54,589 bases of DNA from Elusimicrobiota bacterium (GCA_041694815.1 JBGFSC010000054.1:1-54589); one strand, 5' to 3'. Shown: positions 37,216 to 47,378, counted from the stretch's first letter. A program made the numbers and translations. Notes: generated by a model not told the origin, from the letters alone.

Positions 37216-38778
37216 ATGAAATGGCTGCTCGCGGCGCTGCTGCTTTTCGGCGCGGCCGTCCATCTCCGCTTCTTCGCCCATGCCGGCGGTCTCTGGCGCG
37301 ACGAGGCGGAGCAGATCCGCACGGCGCTGCTGCCCTTGTGGGCCGACGTGCGCCAATCGGCGCGGTTCGGGCCGAGCCCATTGCTGCCTCCCCTGTTTTT
37401 CCGGCTTTGGGCCGGAACCTTCGGCAGCTCGGACCGTTCCCTTCGCGCCGCGGGCTTGCTGATCGGGCTTTCGACCCTGCTTCTTGTGGCCACCTCCCTT
37501 GCCTCCGTCAATGCTGGCGGCGCGCCGGTCGCGACCGCCCTTTTCGTATTTAGCCCTTTTGTCGTGCCCGAGGCCGACGCGCTCAAGGCATACGGCCTTG
37601 GCATGGCCTTTACGGTCGGCGCTTTCTTCGCGATTTGGAAGCTCACGAACCGTCCCTCGCTCGGATCGTTTCTCATCGCGGCGGGGCTTAGCCTCGCCAG
37701 CGTGAAATCGATGTATTCCAACGCGCTGTTTTTGGCGTCGATGCTGCTGGCCGCCGCCGGAGTGGCCGCCCGGCATGGCCGGCGCCGGCACCTTTACCCC
37801 TTGGCGGGCGTGGGACTTCTGGCCGCCGCGGCGTTGACGCCGTACATCCATGCGGTGCGGAGCTACGGTGAATGGAGATCCTCGCTGCTGCAGCCTTTTG
37901 GCTTTCGAGTCTTATGGGGAGTGCTGTCGCACGCATTCAGTTTTGGTCCGGCTGCTTCGTGGATGCTGTGGCCGCTGCTGAGCGCGGCGCTGCTATACGG
38001 CGCCTTCCGGCGTCGGCCGGGCCGAGAAGGAACGGATCGGCTGATCTATGGACTCGGCTCGGCGGGCTTAGCGCTGGCGCTTCAATTCTTCTTCATTCGG
38101 AGCGCCGTGTTTTACCCCTACGAGCGATATTTTGTCGTTCCCCTGGCTTTATGCGCGGCCGGCATCGGTCTGGCGTGGCCGACGCGGGCCCCCCCGCGCC
38201 TAGCGGCGGCGGTCGCGCTGCTGTTGTCTCTCGCCGGTGCCGGGGCGACCTGGAGCCGGGCGGCGGAGAAGCGGACCAACATCGACGCCATCGCCGCGGA
38301 GCTTCATCGCGCCGCCGACAAAAAGGACCTGATCGTACTGGCGCGCTGGTATTTTTTTCCGAGCTTCGAGCGCTATTACCGCGGCCAGGCCCGCTGGATC
38401 ACCTCCCCCAAGATGGAGGTGCTTCCGTATTACCGCCACAACATCGTCGGTGAGCTGATGAAGGACTCCGGGGCGATGGAAGGGACGCTCGCCGAGATCC
38501 GGGAGGCGTGGAAAAGAGGGGGACGGGTATGGGTCGTGGGAAATCCACCGGCGCGTCTGGAAATCCAAGAGCCGGCGGGCTTCGCCCCGAACGATGTCAC
38601 CCGGGCTAATTACGTCTGGGACCAGCGCCTTTTCCGTTTTTTGTTTTCGAGGGGGAGGGCTGTCGAGGCGCGCCCAAGGCGCGAGGAGCCGGTCTATCGC
38701 CTCGAGCACCTACGCCTGATGGCCTGGGCGAAGAAAGTGCCCGCAGCACCTCGCCGACCCATACCGAGCCGTCCCTAA
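37216..38778 (+). CDS. GT-C fold membrane glycosyltransferase
   Basis: LWRDE motif after TM1, PPLF, R....L.G, ERY; many TM segments. Confidence 0.75.
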   Translation: MKWLLAALLLFGAAVHLRFFAHAGGLWRDEAEQIRTALLPLWADVRQSARFGPSPLLPPLFFRLWAGTFGSSDRSLRAAGLLIGLSTLLLVATSLASVNAGGAPVATALFVFSPFVVPEADALKAYGLGMAFTVGAFFAIWKLTNRPSLGSFLIAAGLSLASVKSMYSNALFLASMLLAAAGVAARHGRRRHLYPLAGVGLLAAAALTPYIHAVRSYGEWRSSLLQPFGFRVLWGVLSHAFSFGPAASWMLWPLLSAALLYGAFRRRPGREGTDRLIYGLGSAGLALALQFFFIRSAVFYPYERYFVVPLALCAAGIGLAWPTRAPPRLAAAVALLLSLAGAGATWSRAAEKRTNIDAIAAELHRAADKKDLIVLARWYFFPSFERYYRGQARWITSPKMEVLPYYRHNIVGELMKDSGAMEGTLAEIREAWKRGGRVWVVGNPPARLEIQEPAGFAPNDVTRANYVWDQRLFRFLFSRGRAVEARPRREEPVYRLEHLRLMAWAKKVPAAPRRPIPSRP

Positions 38779-40777
38779 AAATCGGGCGTACGCAGGCCCG
38801 AAGGAAACGCCGTGCCTTCGTCCGGTCCTCCGGCGTCCAAAGTTCCGGATGGACGATCGGATGGCCGGTTTGCCTGAGCACGTACGCCTCGTTGACGAGT
38901 ACGTGGCTGACGCCGCGTCGCTTGAGCCACTCGAGCATTTCCTGCGGCGAGGAGCTCAGGCGGGTCCACTCGTGCCAGTAGTCGTGATCCCACGGGGTGC
39001 TGGCGATGAAATTCCGGTCGAGATAAAAAGTACGGAACTCGCCGATGAGAAGCACGGTCGCCTCGCGCGGCAGTCGGGAATTGACGAAGCGGTAGGCGCC
39101 GATCGGGGATTCGATGAAGAGGGCGCCCAAGTATTCCTCCAGGGAGCAGCGCCCCGCGAGATAGCCCCACGGCTTCTTGAGCGTATTCTGGATCCGGGTC
39201 ATGCCCAGGCCCTGCTGGATCAGCGCGATGAGAACCATCGAGAGCGCCGCGGCGCCGGCCGCCCTGGGCCACTGGGCTTGGGCTTTATCCATCAGCAACC
39301 CCACCCAAAGAGAGGTCAGGGCCAGGCCGACTACGAAGTAATGCCCGATGCGCACGCTGTTCTGCAGCCAGCCGGCCCAGTACAGGGCGCTTAGCGCCGC
39401 CAAGACCGCGACGGGACCTCGGGGCCGCCGCCAGGCGAGGCCGGCGGAGAGCGCCGCACCCATGAGGAAAATAGGGCCCAAATCATGGCTGAAATCGCGC
39501 TTGATCGTGAGATTCCAGGGAAGCAGCAGCACGTCCTTCCAATGCTTCAGGGGGAAGTAGTTCGGGATCCCGAGCCCGACGCTGTAATCGACCAGCGGGA
39601 TGTTCCGGCCGGCGAAGAAGAAATTCCTGCTAGGGATAAGCGTGCTCCATATCGGTGTGACGGGATTGCCGGTGTCGAGCCAATTCTTGATCAGCCACGG
39701 GGAGAGGATAAGGAGGCACGGCCCCAGCAGCGCCCCGAGCTCCAGGCATCGCCGCCGGGCCGCCTCTCGCCGCGAAAGCCATAAAACGGCGAGCGCCGAG
39801 GCGGCCGTACCCATGAGCGCGGTGTATTTGCAGCCGGCGGCAAGACCCCAGAAGGCGGAGCTAAGCAGGAGCAGGCGGGTCTGGCGGCGCTGCGACCATT
39901 CCAGGAGCAGGGTGAGGGCCAGCAGCTCGTAGAAGGCCATCCCTAGGTCGGCGCCGGCCATGCGGAATTGATTGCCGATCACGGGCATCATAAAGAAAAT
40001 CAACGTTCCCCATCCGGCCGCCCGCTCCCCCAGATGGCGCCGGCCGAGCGCGTATAGGGCCAGGCAGGCCAGGACGCCGGCGCCGAAGGAAAAGAGCTTC
40101 GCGACGAGCGGGCCGCCGGTCAAAAGGCCCAGGACGAAGAGCATGTTCATGTTCCTCGGCAAAAACGAGAGATGGTTGTAGGGGGTCGAGACTATGCCCC
40201 CGTTGAGCGCGTAGAGCTTGGGGAGGGCGAGCTGATAATTCATCTCGTCGAAGGACGCCGGAGGCAGCAGCGCCCCGATCAGGTGAAAGAGCGCGACCGC
40301 GAGTCCGAGCGCGGCGCCCAACGCCAAAAAAGGATCCGCAAGGCCTGGTATTCGCGGCTTGCATTCCGCGCGGCGCAGCGCCGCCGCGAGAGGAAGTCCC
40401 ATGAGGAAAAAGGCGGCCTCGACGCGGTAGAGGCCCAGAAGCCCCAGCAGCAAGCCCAGCAGGGAGAGCGACCCCATCCCCAGGCCGGTCGTGATCAGGG
40501 CGTCGGGCAACCGTTCTTTTATCTCAAGTTGTACGGCTTTACGAATAAGAATCCCCAAACAGAACGCCGAGGCCATCCAAGCGGCGTAGAGGAGCGAGGC
40601 CCACGCCGAGTCGGCGAGGACGGCGGCGAAAGCCGATGCGCGGAAAGGCCGGGAGGCGGGGGCCCAGGAAAAGGACTCGAGCCAATCGGAAAGGGAAACG
40701 GCCGCGCCGGTGCTCGCGAAGTAGAGCAGCAGCAGCGCGGCGGCCATCAGCGCGGCCGCCCAGGGTTTGCCCCTCAT
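38606..40777 (-). CDS. GT-C-like membrane glycosyltransferase
   Basis: PP.SFDEMNYQLALPK, KYTA, PWLIKNWLDTGNPV.P motifs; many TM segments. Confidence 0.72.
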   Translation of the reverse strand: MRGKPWAAALMAAALLLLYFASTGAAVSLSDWLESFSWAPASRPFRASAFAAVLADSAWASLLYAAWMASAFCLGILIRKAVQLEIKERLPDALITTGLGMGSLSLLGLLLGLLGLYRVEAAFFLMGLPLAAALRRAECKPRIPGLADPFLALGAALGLAVALFHLIGALLPPASFDEMNYQLALPKLYALNGGIVSTPYNHLSFLPRNMNMLFVLGLLTGGPLVAKLFSFGAGVLACLALYALGRRHLGERAAGWGTLIFFMMPVIGNQFRMAGADLGMAFYELLALTLLLEWSQRRQTRLLLLSSAFWGLAAGCKYTALMGTAASALAVLWLSRREAARRRCLELGALLGPCLLILSPWLIKNWLDTGNPVTPIWSTLIPSRNFFFAGRNIPLVDYSVGLGIPNYFPLKHWKDVLLLPWNLTIKRDFSHDLGPIFLMGAALSAGLAWRRPRGPVAVLAALSALYWAGWLQNSVRIGHYFVVGLALTSLWVGLLMDKAQAQWPRAAGAAALSMVLIALIQQGLGMTRIQNTLKKPWGYLAGRCSLEEYLGALFIESPIGAYRFVNSRLPREATVLLIGEFRTFYLDRNFIASTPWDHDYWHEWTRLSSSPQEMLEWLKRRGVSHVLVNEAYVLRQTGHPIVHPELWTPEDRTKARRFLRACVRPIFRDGSVWVGEVLRALSSPRPSGVGARGDRPAPRALGAPRQPSPSKTKNGKGAGPRRN

Positions 40778-42315
40778 ATCCGTTGATGGATCGTTATGGG
40801 AGGATATCCTTCCGGGATCCTAAAATGATGCTCGTCGAGCTCTGGGCGGTTTTCCCAAGGCGTATCGGGAACGTCCAATATCCAGCGCTTATAGTCTTCT
40901 TGGCGCAGGGTGCGTCGGATGTGTTCGTAGAGGCGCCGGTCCCCCGCGCGGGAATCGGGCGTGATCCAGGCCCGGACCAGCACCCAATCGGGGCGGGGCA
41001 GGCGCGGGATGCCGCCGACCCCGAGCCCGCCGTATACCCGCAGGCCCGTATGAAACCGGAGTGGCAGGTCGCCGTAGGTCGCCCAGACCACGTCGCCCGG
41101 CCGCGCGCGTTCTTGAAGCAGCTTGACGACGGCGCCAATCGGGCCCGTATGCGGGCGGATAAGCTCGCCGGCGTATTCGGCCCAGAGAAAGCGCGGCCGG
41201 CGATGCCCGGCCGGGGCGTCCGCGCTCCTCCAGGAGAACAGGAAGGACGCCGCGTTCGTGCCGGCGAGCAGGACGAAAAGCGTCGCGCGCAGCGGGCGGG
41301 AGGGTAGGGCGGCGCTTAAGTCCATCCAAAAGGCCGCTTGCAGCAAGGCGAGCAAGGGGAACAATGGGACCAGGTAGCGATAGAAAGGCAAAAACGGCCC
41401 TTGGGCGATCATCAACAGGTATATCCCGATGAAGACGAGAAGAAATCCGATTTGCGGCCGGCGAGCGCTTGCGCGGCCCCGGACCAAGGCGAGCCAGAGC
41501 AGCCATCCAAGCAGCAGGAGCAGCGGCATATGATGCGCGTTGATCTCAGCCCAATAATAAATGGACTTGCCCCAAAAGCTCACCGGGAAGCTCCGCGGCA
41601 TCCCGAAGCGGTTTTGCAGCAGCAGCCAGGGGGCGCAGGCGAACGCCGAGGCGATCAGGGGCCGGACGAAGAGGGCGGAGGAGCTCCGGAAAAAGAGCAG
41701 ATGCGCGGCGGCGAGAGCCGAGAAAGCCGAGAGAAACGCGAGCTGCTGCGTATGGAACAGTCCCGCCAATCCCAGAAAGAACAAAAGGCCGCCGAAGCGC
41801 CGACGGCGGAGCAGGCGCTCATAGCCCCATAGAAGCAGGACAATTTCGAGCACGCCCAAGGAGAACCAGCGGCATTGCCGGAAATGAAGCAGCAAGGAGA
41901 CGTTGCCGGCGAGCAGTCCCAGGGCCCAAAAGCCGGCGTCTTCGTCGTCGAAGAATTCGGAGGCGAAGCGATAAAACAACGCCAGGCAAGCGAGGCCGAT
42001 GAGCGCGAATAGGGCGCGGGCCCCGCCCGCCGAATGCCCGAAGACCTTCAGCGAAATGGCCGCGGCGTAGATCTGGGCCCAGGGGGTCCAGGTCCAGAGC
42101 CCGTCGAAGCCCAGCTCTTGCTGCAGCAGCTGCGATATGGTCAATTCGCCGGGCAGGGCGGCGTAGGGCAGGCCGTGCGAGAGTACCCGCTGGGCTAGCA
42201 AGGCGGTTTCGGCCTCGTCGTCCCAAAGGCAGTCGCGGCCCAGCCCCCAGAACAGCGCCGCGGCGGCGAATCCGAGCAGGAGGGTGGCGGCGATGGACCG
42301 TCGTGAAAGCCTCAT
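40774..42315 (-). CDS. ArnT/GT39-like membrane glycosyltransferase
   Basis: LWDDEAETA, AR..FALIG, RQCRWF, YRYLVP. Confidence 0.8.
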   Translation of the reverse strand: MRLSRRSIAATLLLGFAAAALFWGLGRDCLWDDEAETALLAQRVLSHGLPYAALPGELTISQLLQQELGFDGLWTWTPWAQIYAAAISLKVFGHSAGGARALFALIGLACLALFYRFASEFFDDEDAGFWALGLLAGNVSLLLHFRQCRWFSLGVLEIVLLLWGYERLLRRRRFGGLLFFLGLAGLFHTQQLAFLSAFSALAAAHLLFFRSSSALFVRPLIASAFACAPWLLLQNRFGMPRSFPVSFWGKSIYYWAEINAHHMPLLLLLGWLLWLALVRGRASARRPQIGFLLVFIGIYLLMIAQGPFLPFYRYLVPLFPLLALLQAAFWMDLSAALPSRPLRATLFVLLAGTNAASFLFSWRSADAPAGHRRPRFLWAEYAGELIRPHTGPIGAVVKLLQERARPGDVVWATYGDLPLRFHTGLRVYGGLGVGGIPRLPRPDWVLVRAWITPDSRAGDRRLYEHIRRTLRQEDYKRWILDVPDTPWENRPELDEHHFRIPEGYPPITIHQRI

Positions 42316-42364
42316 GCGGGAAACGACATTTTATCATTTGATCGTCGCAAGATATGCTATCTTA

Positions 42365-42459
42365 CGGTGCCAGGTATCCACTTCCTACACTTTCTCAACT
42401 TTCTCCAAACTATAAGACCAGAATTTCAACAAAGTGTAGAAAGTGGATGCCTGGCACCG
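42365..42459. repeat. Palindromic element (family B), 29-bp arms (27/29) with a 37-nt spacer
   Basis: cggtgccaggtatccacttcctacacttt ... aaagtgtagaaagtggatgcctggcaccg; ends immediately before ATG 42460. Confidence 0.9.
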
Positions 42460-44271
42460 ATGGTCCGGCTTTCCGATTACCTGGTCCAACACCTCGCCGA
42501 GCACGGCATCCGCCACGTTTTTCTGGTCACTGGCGGAGGCGCGATGCACCTCAACGACGCCTTCGGCCGCTCCGATAAAATCCGCTATGTCGCCTGCCAC
42601 CATGAGCAGGCCTGCGCGATGGCCGCCGAGAGCTATTTTCGTTTGAGCGGGCGGCTGGCCGCCGTCAACGTCACCTCCGGACCCGGGGGGACCAACGCCC
42701 TCACGGGCGTCTTCGGCGCTTGGGTCGACTCCATCGGGATGATCGTCGTGTCCGGGCAGGTGAAGTGGGAGACGGTGGTCCGGAGCACCGATCTTCCCCT
42801 GCGCCAATTGGGAGACCAGGAGCTCGACATCGCTCGCGTGGCCGCGCCGATCACCAAATACGCGGTGATGGTCACCGACCCCCGGTCGATCCGCTACCAC
42901 ATCGAACGCGCGCTGCATCTGGCGGCCAGCGGCCGGCCCGGGCCGGTATGGCTCGACATCCCCATGAACGTGCAGGGGGCGCTCATCGAACCTTCGTCCT
43001 TGCCCGGTTATGATCCCGCGGAGGATCGAGTTCGTTTCGAGACGGCGGATTTGAAGGAGGCCTGCGGCCGGGCCTTGGCCCGCCTGAGAGAGGCCAAGCG
43101 CCCGGTGCTCCTGGCCGGCTCCGGGGTCCGCCTTTCGGGAGCGCACGAGGATTTTCTCCGCCTGGCCGAGCGCCTGGGCATCCCCGTCGTCACCGCGTGG
43201 AACGCGCACGACGCCGTTTGGGACGAGCACCCGTGCTACGTGGGCCGTCCCGGCAGCGTGGGGGATCGTGCCGGGAATTTCGCTGTGCAGAACTCCGATT
43301 TCCTCCTGGTCTTGGGCTGCCGCCTCAATATCCGGCAGATCAGCTACAATTGGGGCGCTTTCGCACGGGCCGCCTACAAGGTCATGGTCGACGTGGACGC
43401 GGCCGAGCTCAAGAAGCCGACGCTCAAGATCGACCTGCCCATCCACGCGGATCTCGCCGCCGCGATGCGGCAGCTCTTGGAGTTGGCGGCCGATGCCCCG
43501 GCCCCGGAGCATCGCGAGTACCTGCGCTGGTGCCGGGAGCGCAAGCGGCGCTATCCGGTGGTGCTGCCCGAGTATTGGAAGAAGGAGGGGCGGGTCAATC
43601 CGTATTGCTTCGTCGAAGCCCTTTTCCGGGAGCTGCCGGAAGGCGAGCGCGTCGTCACCGGGGACGGGACGGCCTGCGTCACCACCCTGCAGGCCGCCTA
43701 TCTCAAGCCGGGCCAGCGCCTCTACACCAATTCCGGCTGCGCGGCGATGGGCTACGACTTGCCGGCCGCCGTCGGCGCCTGCTTCGCCTCCGGAGGCTCC
43801 CGCGTGGTCTGCGTCGCCGGAGATGGCAGCCTGCAGATGAACGTCCAGGAGCTGGCGACCATCGCGGGGCATCGCCTGCCGATCAAGATATTCGTGCTCA
43901 ACAACGAGGGCTACCATTCGATCCGGCAGACGCAGCGAAATTTTTTCCCGGACAACATCGTCGGCTGCGGGCCGGATTCGGGCCTTTCCTTCCCCGACTT
44001 CGGCAAGCTCGCCGAAGCCTACGGCCTGCCTTACCGCCGCATCGAGGGGCACGGTGGATTGCAGGAGGGCGTCCGCGAGACGCTCGAGTCCGATGGGCCC
44101 CAGCTCTGCGAGGTGCTGCTGGATCTCGAGCAGCCATTCGCTCCGAAGCTGAGCTCGCGGCGGCTTCCCGATGGACGGATGGTCTCTTCGCCCCTTGAGG
44201 ATCTGGCCCCCTTTTTGGACCGCGAGGAATTGGCGAGCAATATGCTGATACCTCTGGAAAATCAGGGATGA
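42460..44271 (+). CDS. ThDP-dependent enzyme (acetolactate-synthase-like, YerE-type)
   Basis: VTGGGAMHLND, HHEQACAMAAE, TSGPGGTN, GDGSLQMN.QEL...NN.GY.SIRQTQ ThDP motif. Confidence 0.9.
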   Translation: MVRLSDYLVQHLAEHGIRHVFLVTGGGAMHLNDAFGRSDKIRYVACHHEQACAMAAESYFRLSGRLAAVNVTSGPGGTNALTGVFGAWVDSIGMIVVSGQVKWETVVRSTDLPLRQLGDQELDIARVAAPITKYAVMVTDPRSIRYHIERALHLAASGRPGPVWLDIPMNVQGALIEPSSLPGYDPAEDRVRFETADLKEACGRALARLREAKRPVLLAGSGVRLSGAHEDFLRLAERLGIPVVTAWNAHDAVWDEHPCYVGRPGSVGDRAGNFAVQNSDFLLVLGCRLNIRQISYNWGAFARAAYKVMVDVDAAELKKPTLKIDLPIHADLAAAMRQLLELAADAPAPEHREYLRWCRERKRRYPVVLPEYWKKEGRVNPYCFVEALFRELPEGERVVTGDGTACVTTLQAAYLKPGQRLYTNSGCAAMGYDLPAAVGACFASGGSRVVCVAGDGSLQMNVQELATIAGHRLPIKIFVLNNEGYHSIRQTQRNFFPDNIVGCGPDSGLSFPDFGKLAEAYGLPYRRIEGHGGLQEGVRETLESDGPQLCEVLLDLEQPFAPKLSSRRLPDGRMVSSPLEDLAPFLDREELASNMLIPLENQG

Positions 44272-44948
44272 GCGGCCTGGGCTCCAAGACGGCGCTGGTT
44301 ACCGGGGCTTCCCGGGGCATCGGAGCGGCCATTGCGGAGCGCTTCGCCCGGGAAGGCTACCATGTCCTGGCGCCTTCCCGAAGAGAAATGGATCTTTCCG
44401 ATCTCGACTCTATAAAGCGTTTCCTCCGTTCCTCCGCCAAGCGGCGGATCGACGTCCTCATCAACAACGCGGCGGAGAACAAGATCAGCGCCGTCGAGAG
44501 GATGCCCATCGCCGATTGGCAGCGGATCTTGACGACGAATTTGAGTTCCGCCTTCCTGCTGATCCAAGGCACGGCGCCCGCGATGGCCCGTCGAGGCTGG
44601 GGGCGCATCGTCAATTTAAGCTCCTGCTATTCCTTTTTGGCCCGGCCAGGGCGCGCCGCCTACAGCGCCTCGAAATCCGGTTTGGAGGCACTGACCCGCA
44701 CCGCCGCCCTCGAGTACGGCGGCCGTAATGTGCTCGTTAACGCGGTCTGCCCGGGCTTCGTGATGACGGATATGACCCGCCGCAATAATCCGCCGGCAAT
44801 AATCCGCCGGCTGGCCCTTCAAACGGCCCTCAAGCGTCTGGCGCGTCCCGAGGAGGTCGCCGAGGCGGTGTTCTTCCTCGGCTCGGAACGGAACTCCTAC
44901 GTCACCGGACAGGCCCTCATTGTCGACGGCGGATTCAGCATCCAATGA
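44268..44948 (+). CDS. SDR family oxidoreductase
   Basis: TGASRGIG, INNA, YSASK, NAVCPG, TGQ..VDGG. Confidence 0.92.
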   Translation: MSGLGSKTALVTGASRGIGAAIAERFAREGYHVLAPSRREMDLSDLDSIKRFLRSSAKRRIDVLINNAAENKISAVERMPIADWQRILTTNLSSAFLLIQGTAPAMARRGWGRIVNLSSCYSFLARPGRAAYSASKSGLEALTRTAALEYGGRNVLVNAVCPGFVMTDMTRRNNPPAIIRRLALQTALKRLARPEEVAEAVFFLGSERNSYVTGQALIVDGGFSIQ

Positions 44949-46024
44949 CCGCCGGCGCGGCCTTGAGAATCCGTTCCGGCCAGGGCGATTATTCCGTCGA
45001 GCTGGCCAAAAGGATCGAGGATCTTCCGCCTCGCCTGCTTTCGGTTCCTCGCCCTCTCTATATCGTGGACCGGCGCGTGGCCGAACTCTATGGGAATAGT
45101 TTGTCGAGGCTGTGGGCGGGCGCTTCGCCGCTATTACTGGAGGCTAACGAAGAGGCCAAGACGCTCGAGGGCGTCAGCCGGGTGCTCGAATGGCTGCAAG
45201 GCGCCGGCGCGGACAAGAAAGCCACGGTGGTCGCGCTGGGGGGAGGTGTCATCCAAGACATCGCGACTTTTTCATCCCACGTCTATCATCGCGGGCTTTC
45301 CTGGGTATACGTCCCGACAACGCTGCTCGGCATGGCCGACAGCTGTATCGGCGCCAAATGCGGTATTAATTTCAGGAATTTCAAGAACCAGCTTGGCGTA
45401 TTTCACTCTCCCGCCGCAGTGATCGTGGCTCCGGAATTCCTCTCTACCTTGGCTGAATCGGACGTCGCCTCGGGCTATGGAGAGATGCTCAAGCTCATGC
45501 TGACCGGGTCCGAAGAGGATTTTTCGAGGATCAAGGCTGCCGTCGAGTCGGGGATGCGCGCCCCTGGCCTCGAGACCCTAATCCTGCGCAGCCTTGAGAT
45601 CAAGAAGGGTGTCATTGAGCAGGACGAATACGAGCTCGATCGCCGGCGCATCCTCAATTACGGGCATACGTTCGGACACGCCTTGGAGTCGGTGACTCGC
45701 TATGAAATTCCGCACGGACTTGCCGTGGCCTGGGGTTTGGATTTGATCAACTTCATCGCTTTCCAGCGAGGGCTGCTGCAAAAGGCGTGGTTCGAGGCAA
45801 TCCACGAATTCGTGGCCGCCCATCTTCCCGCTCGCCTGCCTAGACGGATAAGCGCGGCGGAGCTGCTGGCAGCCGCCGGTCGGGACAAGAAGGCTTCCGG
45901 CGGGCGCGTCCATCTAGTCTTGCTCGAGCGGCCTGGCCGGCTTAATATCGTCGAGGCCACCTTGGACTCTCTTGAGGAGCCGTTGGAAGCCTATCTCACC
46001 CAATATGCGCTTTATCGGAATTGA
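44945..46024 (+). CDS. Dehydroquinate-synthase-like sugar-phosphate cyclase
   Basis: ALGGGVIQD, VPTTLLGMADSCIGAKCGIN, KNQLG.F, GEMLK, LNYGHTFGHALE, HG.AV. Confidence 0.88.
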   Translation: MTAGAALRIRSGQGDYSVELAKRIEDLPPRLLSVPRPLYIVDRRVAELYGNSLSRLWAGASPLLLEANEEAKTLEGVSRVLEWLQGAGADKKATVVALGGGVIQDIATFSSHVYHRGLSWVYVPTTLLGMADSCIGAKCGINFRNFKNQLGVFHSPAAVIVAPEFLSTLAESDVASGYGEMLKLMLTGSEEDFSRIKAAVESGMRAPGLETLILRSLEIKKGVIEQDEYELDRRRILNYGHTFGHALESVTRYEIPHGLAVAWGLDLINFIAFQRGLLQKAWFEAIHEFVAAHLPARLPRRISAAELLAAAGRDKKASGGRVHLVLLERPGRLNIVEATLDSLEEPLEAYLTQYALYRN

Positions 46025-47378
46025 CCTGGGCGCCTCGTTCATAAAAGGGGCGGTACTCGACCTCGACGGCGGGGAAATACGGGAATTCAGGCGGACGCCC
46101 TTTCCTCCGTTCCTGGCTGGATTGCCGGCGGGATTCCGCGAGGTCGACTGCGCCCAAATCCTTCGCCGAACGCGGGAGGAACTCGACCGCCTGCTGGCTG
46201 CGGCTCCGGACGCCGCGGGGCTTGTTTTTTCGAGCCAGATGTTCGGTGTGCTGCTCCTCGATGAGAGCGGCCATCCTGTCTCCAATTTCATTTCCTGGCA
46301 GGACCAGCGTGGCTTGAGGCCTCACCCATCGGCTGCCGGCAGCTATTTGGATTTCCTCTCGTCCCGCCTTAACCCCAAGGAGCAGCGGGAGTTGGGGCGG
46401 AGGATTAGGCCGGGCCTGCCCCTGTCTTCGCTTCTTTGGCTTAAGGAAAACGGGCGCCTGCCCCCGCGCGCCATCCCGGCCTCACTTCCGGAGCTCGTTC
46501 TTTCCCAGCTGACCGGCTCTCCCGTCGCGACCGCGCCGACGCTGGCCTCCGGCCTGGGCGGATTTTCGCTCGCGAGCGGCGGGTGGCATCACGCGGCGCT
46601 CGAGCGGGTCGGCCTTGCCGGGCTTTTATGGCCGAAACTGGCCGAACCCGGCGAAACAATCGGAGTCTGGAGGGTCGACGGAAGGAGGATTCCCTGTTAT
46701 GCTGGTCTAGGGGATCATCCCTGCGCCATGCTGGGTGTGGGACTCGAAGAACGAGAGCTGTCCATTAACATCGCGACCGGATCCCAGGCGAGCCTGGTGT
46801 CCGACGATTGGCGCAGGGGTGAGGCGGAAGCCTCGCCGTACGTTGACGGCAGCTTTTTGCGCGCCGTGACGCATCTGCCCGCCGGGCGTGCCTTGAACGT
46901 GCTCGTGCGCATGATGGAGGATATCGCCCGCGCGCTGGGTTTCCCTTTAGACGATCCGTGGCCCATCATCGAGCGTGAGGCGACCGCCGTTTCGCCGGCC
47001 GGCCTGCGCGTCGATCTCTCCTTCTCGGGCAGCGGAGCCATCGAGGGGATTTCGGAGGAAAACCTCTCCGCTGGGTCCCTTTTCCGGGCCGCGTTCGACC
47101 GAATGGCCGAAAACTATTGCGATGCGGCGCAAAGCCTCTCGCCGTTCCATCACTGGGACAGGATCGTTTTTTCGGGCGGGCTCGCCTTGCGCTCTCCCAT
47201 TCTGCGACGCTTGATCACCGAGCGCCTTCGAACCCCTTGCCGGGTTTCCGGATCATCGGAGGACGTTCTTTCCGGGCTGCTGGCTGTCTCCCTTTTTTCG
47301 GTCGGGAAGGCCCGATCGTTGCGTGGAGCCGCCGCCTCATTACAGAAACGTTCCGCGGCTTCTAGGAGGAATGCATGA
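46005..47378 (+). CDS. FGGY-family sugar kinase (sedoheptulokinase-like)
   Basis: IGIDLGASFIK, SSQM.G, SWQD.R, GDH.CA.LG, INIATGSQ, GRAL.V, FSGG. Confidence 0.78.
   Translation: MRFIGIDLGASFIKGAVLDLDGGEIREFRRTPFPPFLAGLPAGFREVDCAQILRRTREELDRLLAAAPDAAGLVFSSQMFGVLLLDESGHPVSNFISWQDQRGLRPHPSAAGSYLDFLSSRLNPKEQRELGRRIRPGLPLSSLLWLKENGRLPPRAIPASLPELVLSQLTGSPVATAPTLASGLGGFSLASGGWHHAALERVGLAGLLWPKLAEPGETIGVWRVDGRRIPCYAGLGDHPCAMLGVGLEERELSINIATGSQASLVSDDWRRGEAEASPYVDGSFLRAVTHLPAGRALNVLVRMMEDIARALGFPLDDPWPIIEREATAVSPAGLRVDLSFSGSGAIEGISEENLSAGSLFRAAFDRMAENYCDAAQSLSPFHHWDRIVFSGGLALRSPILRRLITERLRTPCRVSGSSEDVLSGLLAVSLFSVGKARSLRGAAASLQKRSAASRRNA

Noticed and set aside
42385..44052. 555-aa antisense ORF and many similar shadow ORFs
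   Set aside because: These mirror real high-GC genes on the opposite strand and carry no motifs.
44945..46024. Housekeeping aroB
   Set aside because: No aro neighbours and embedded in a sugar operon; left without a gene symbol.
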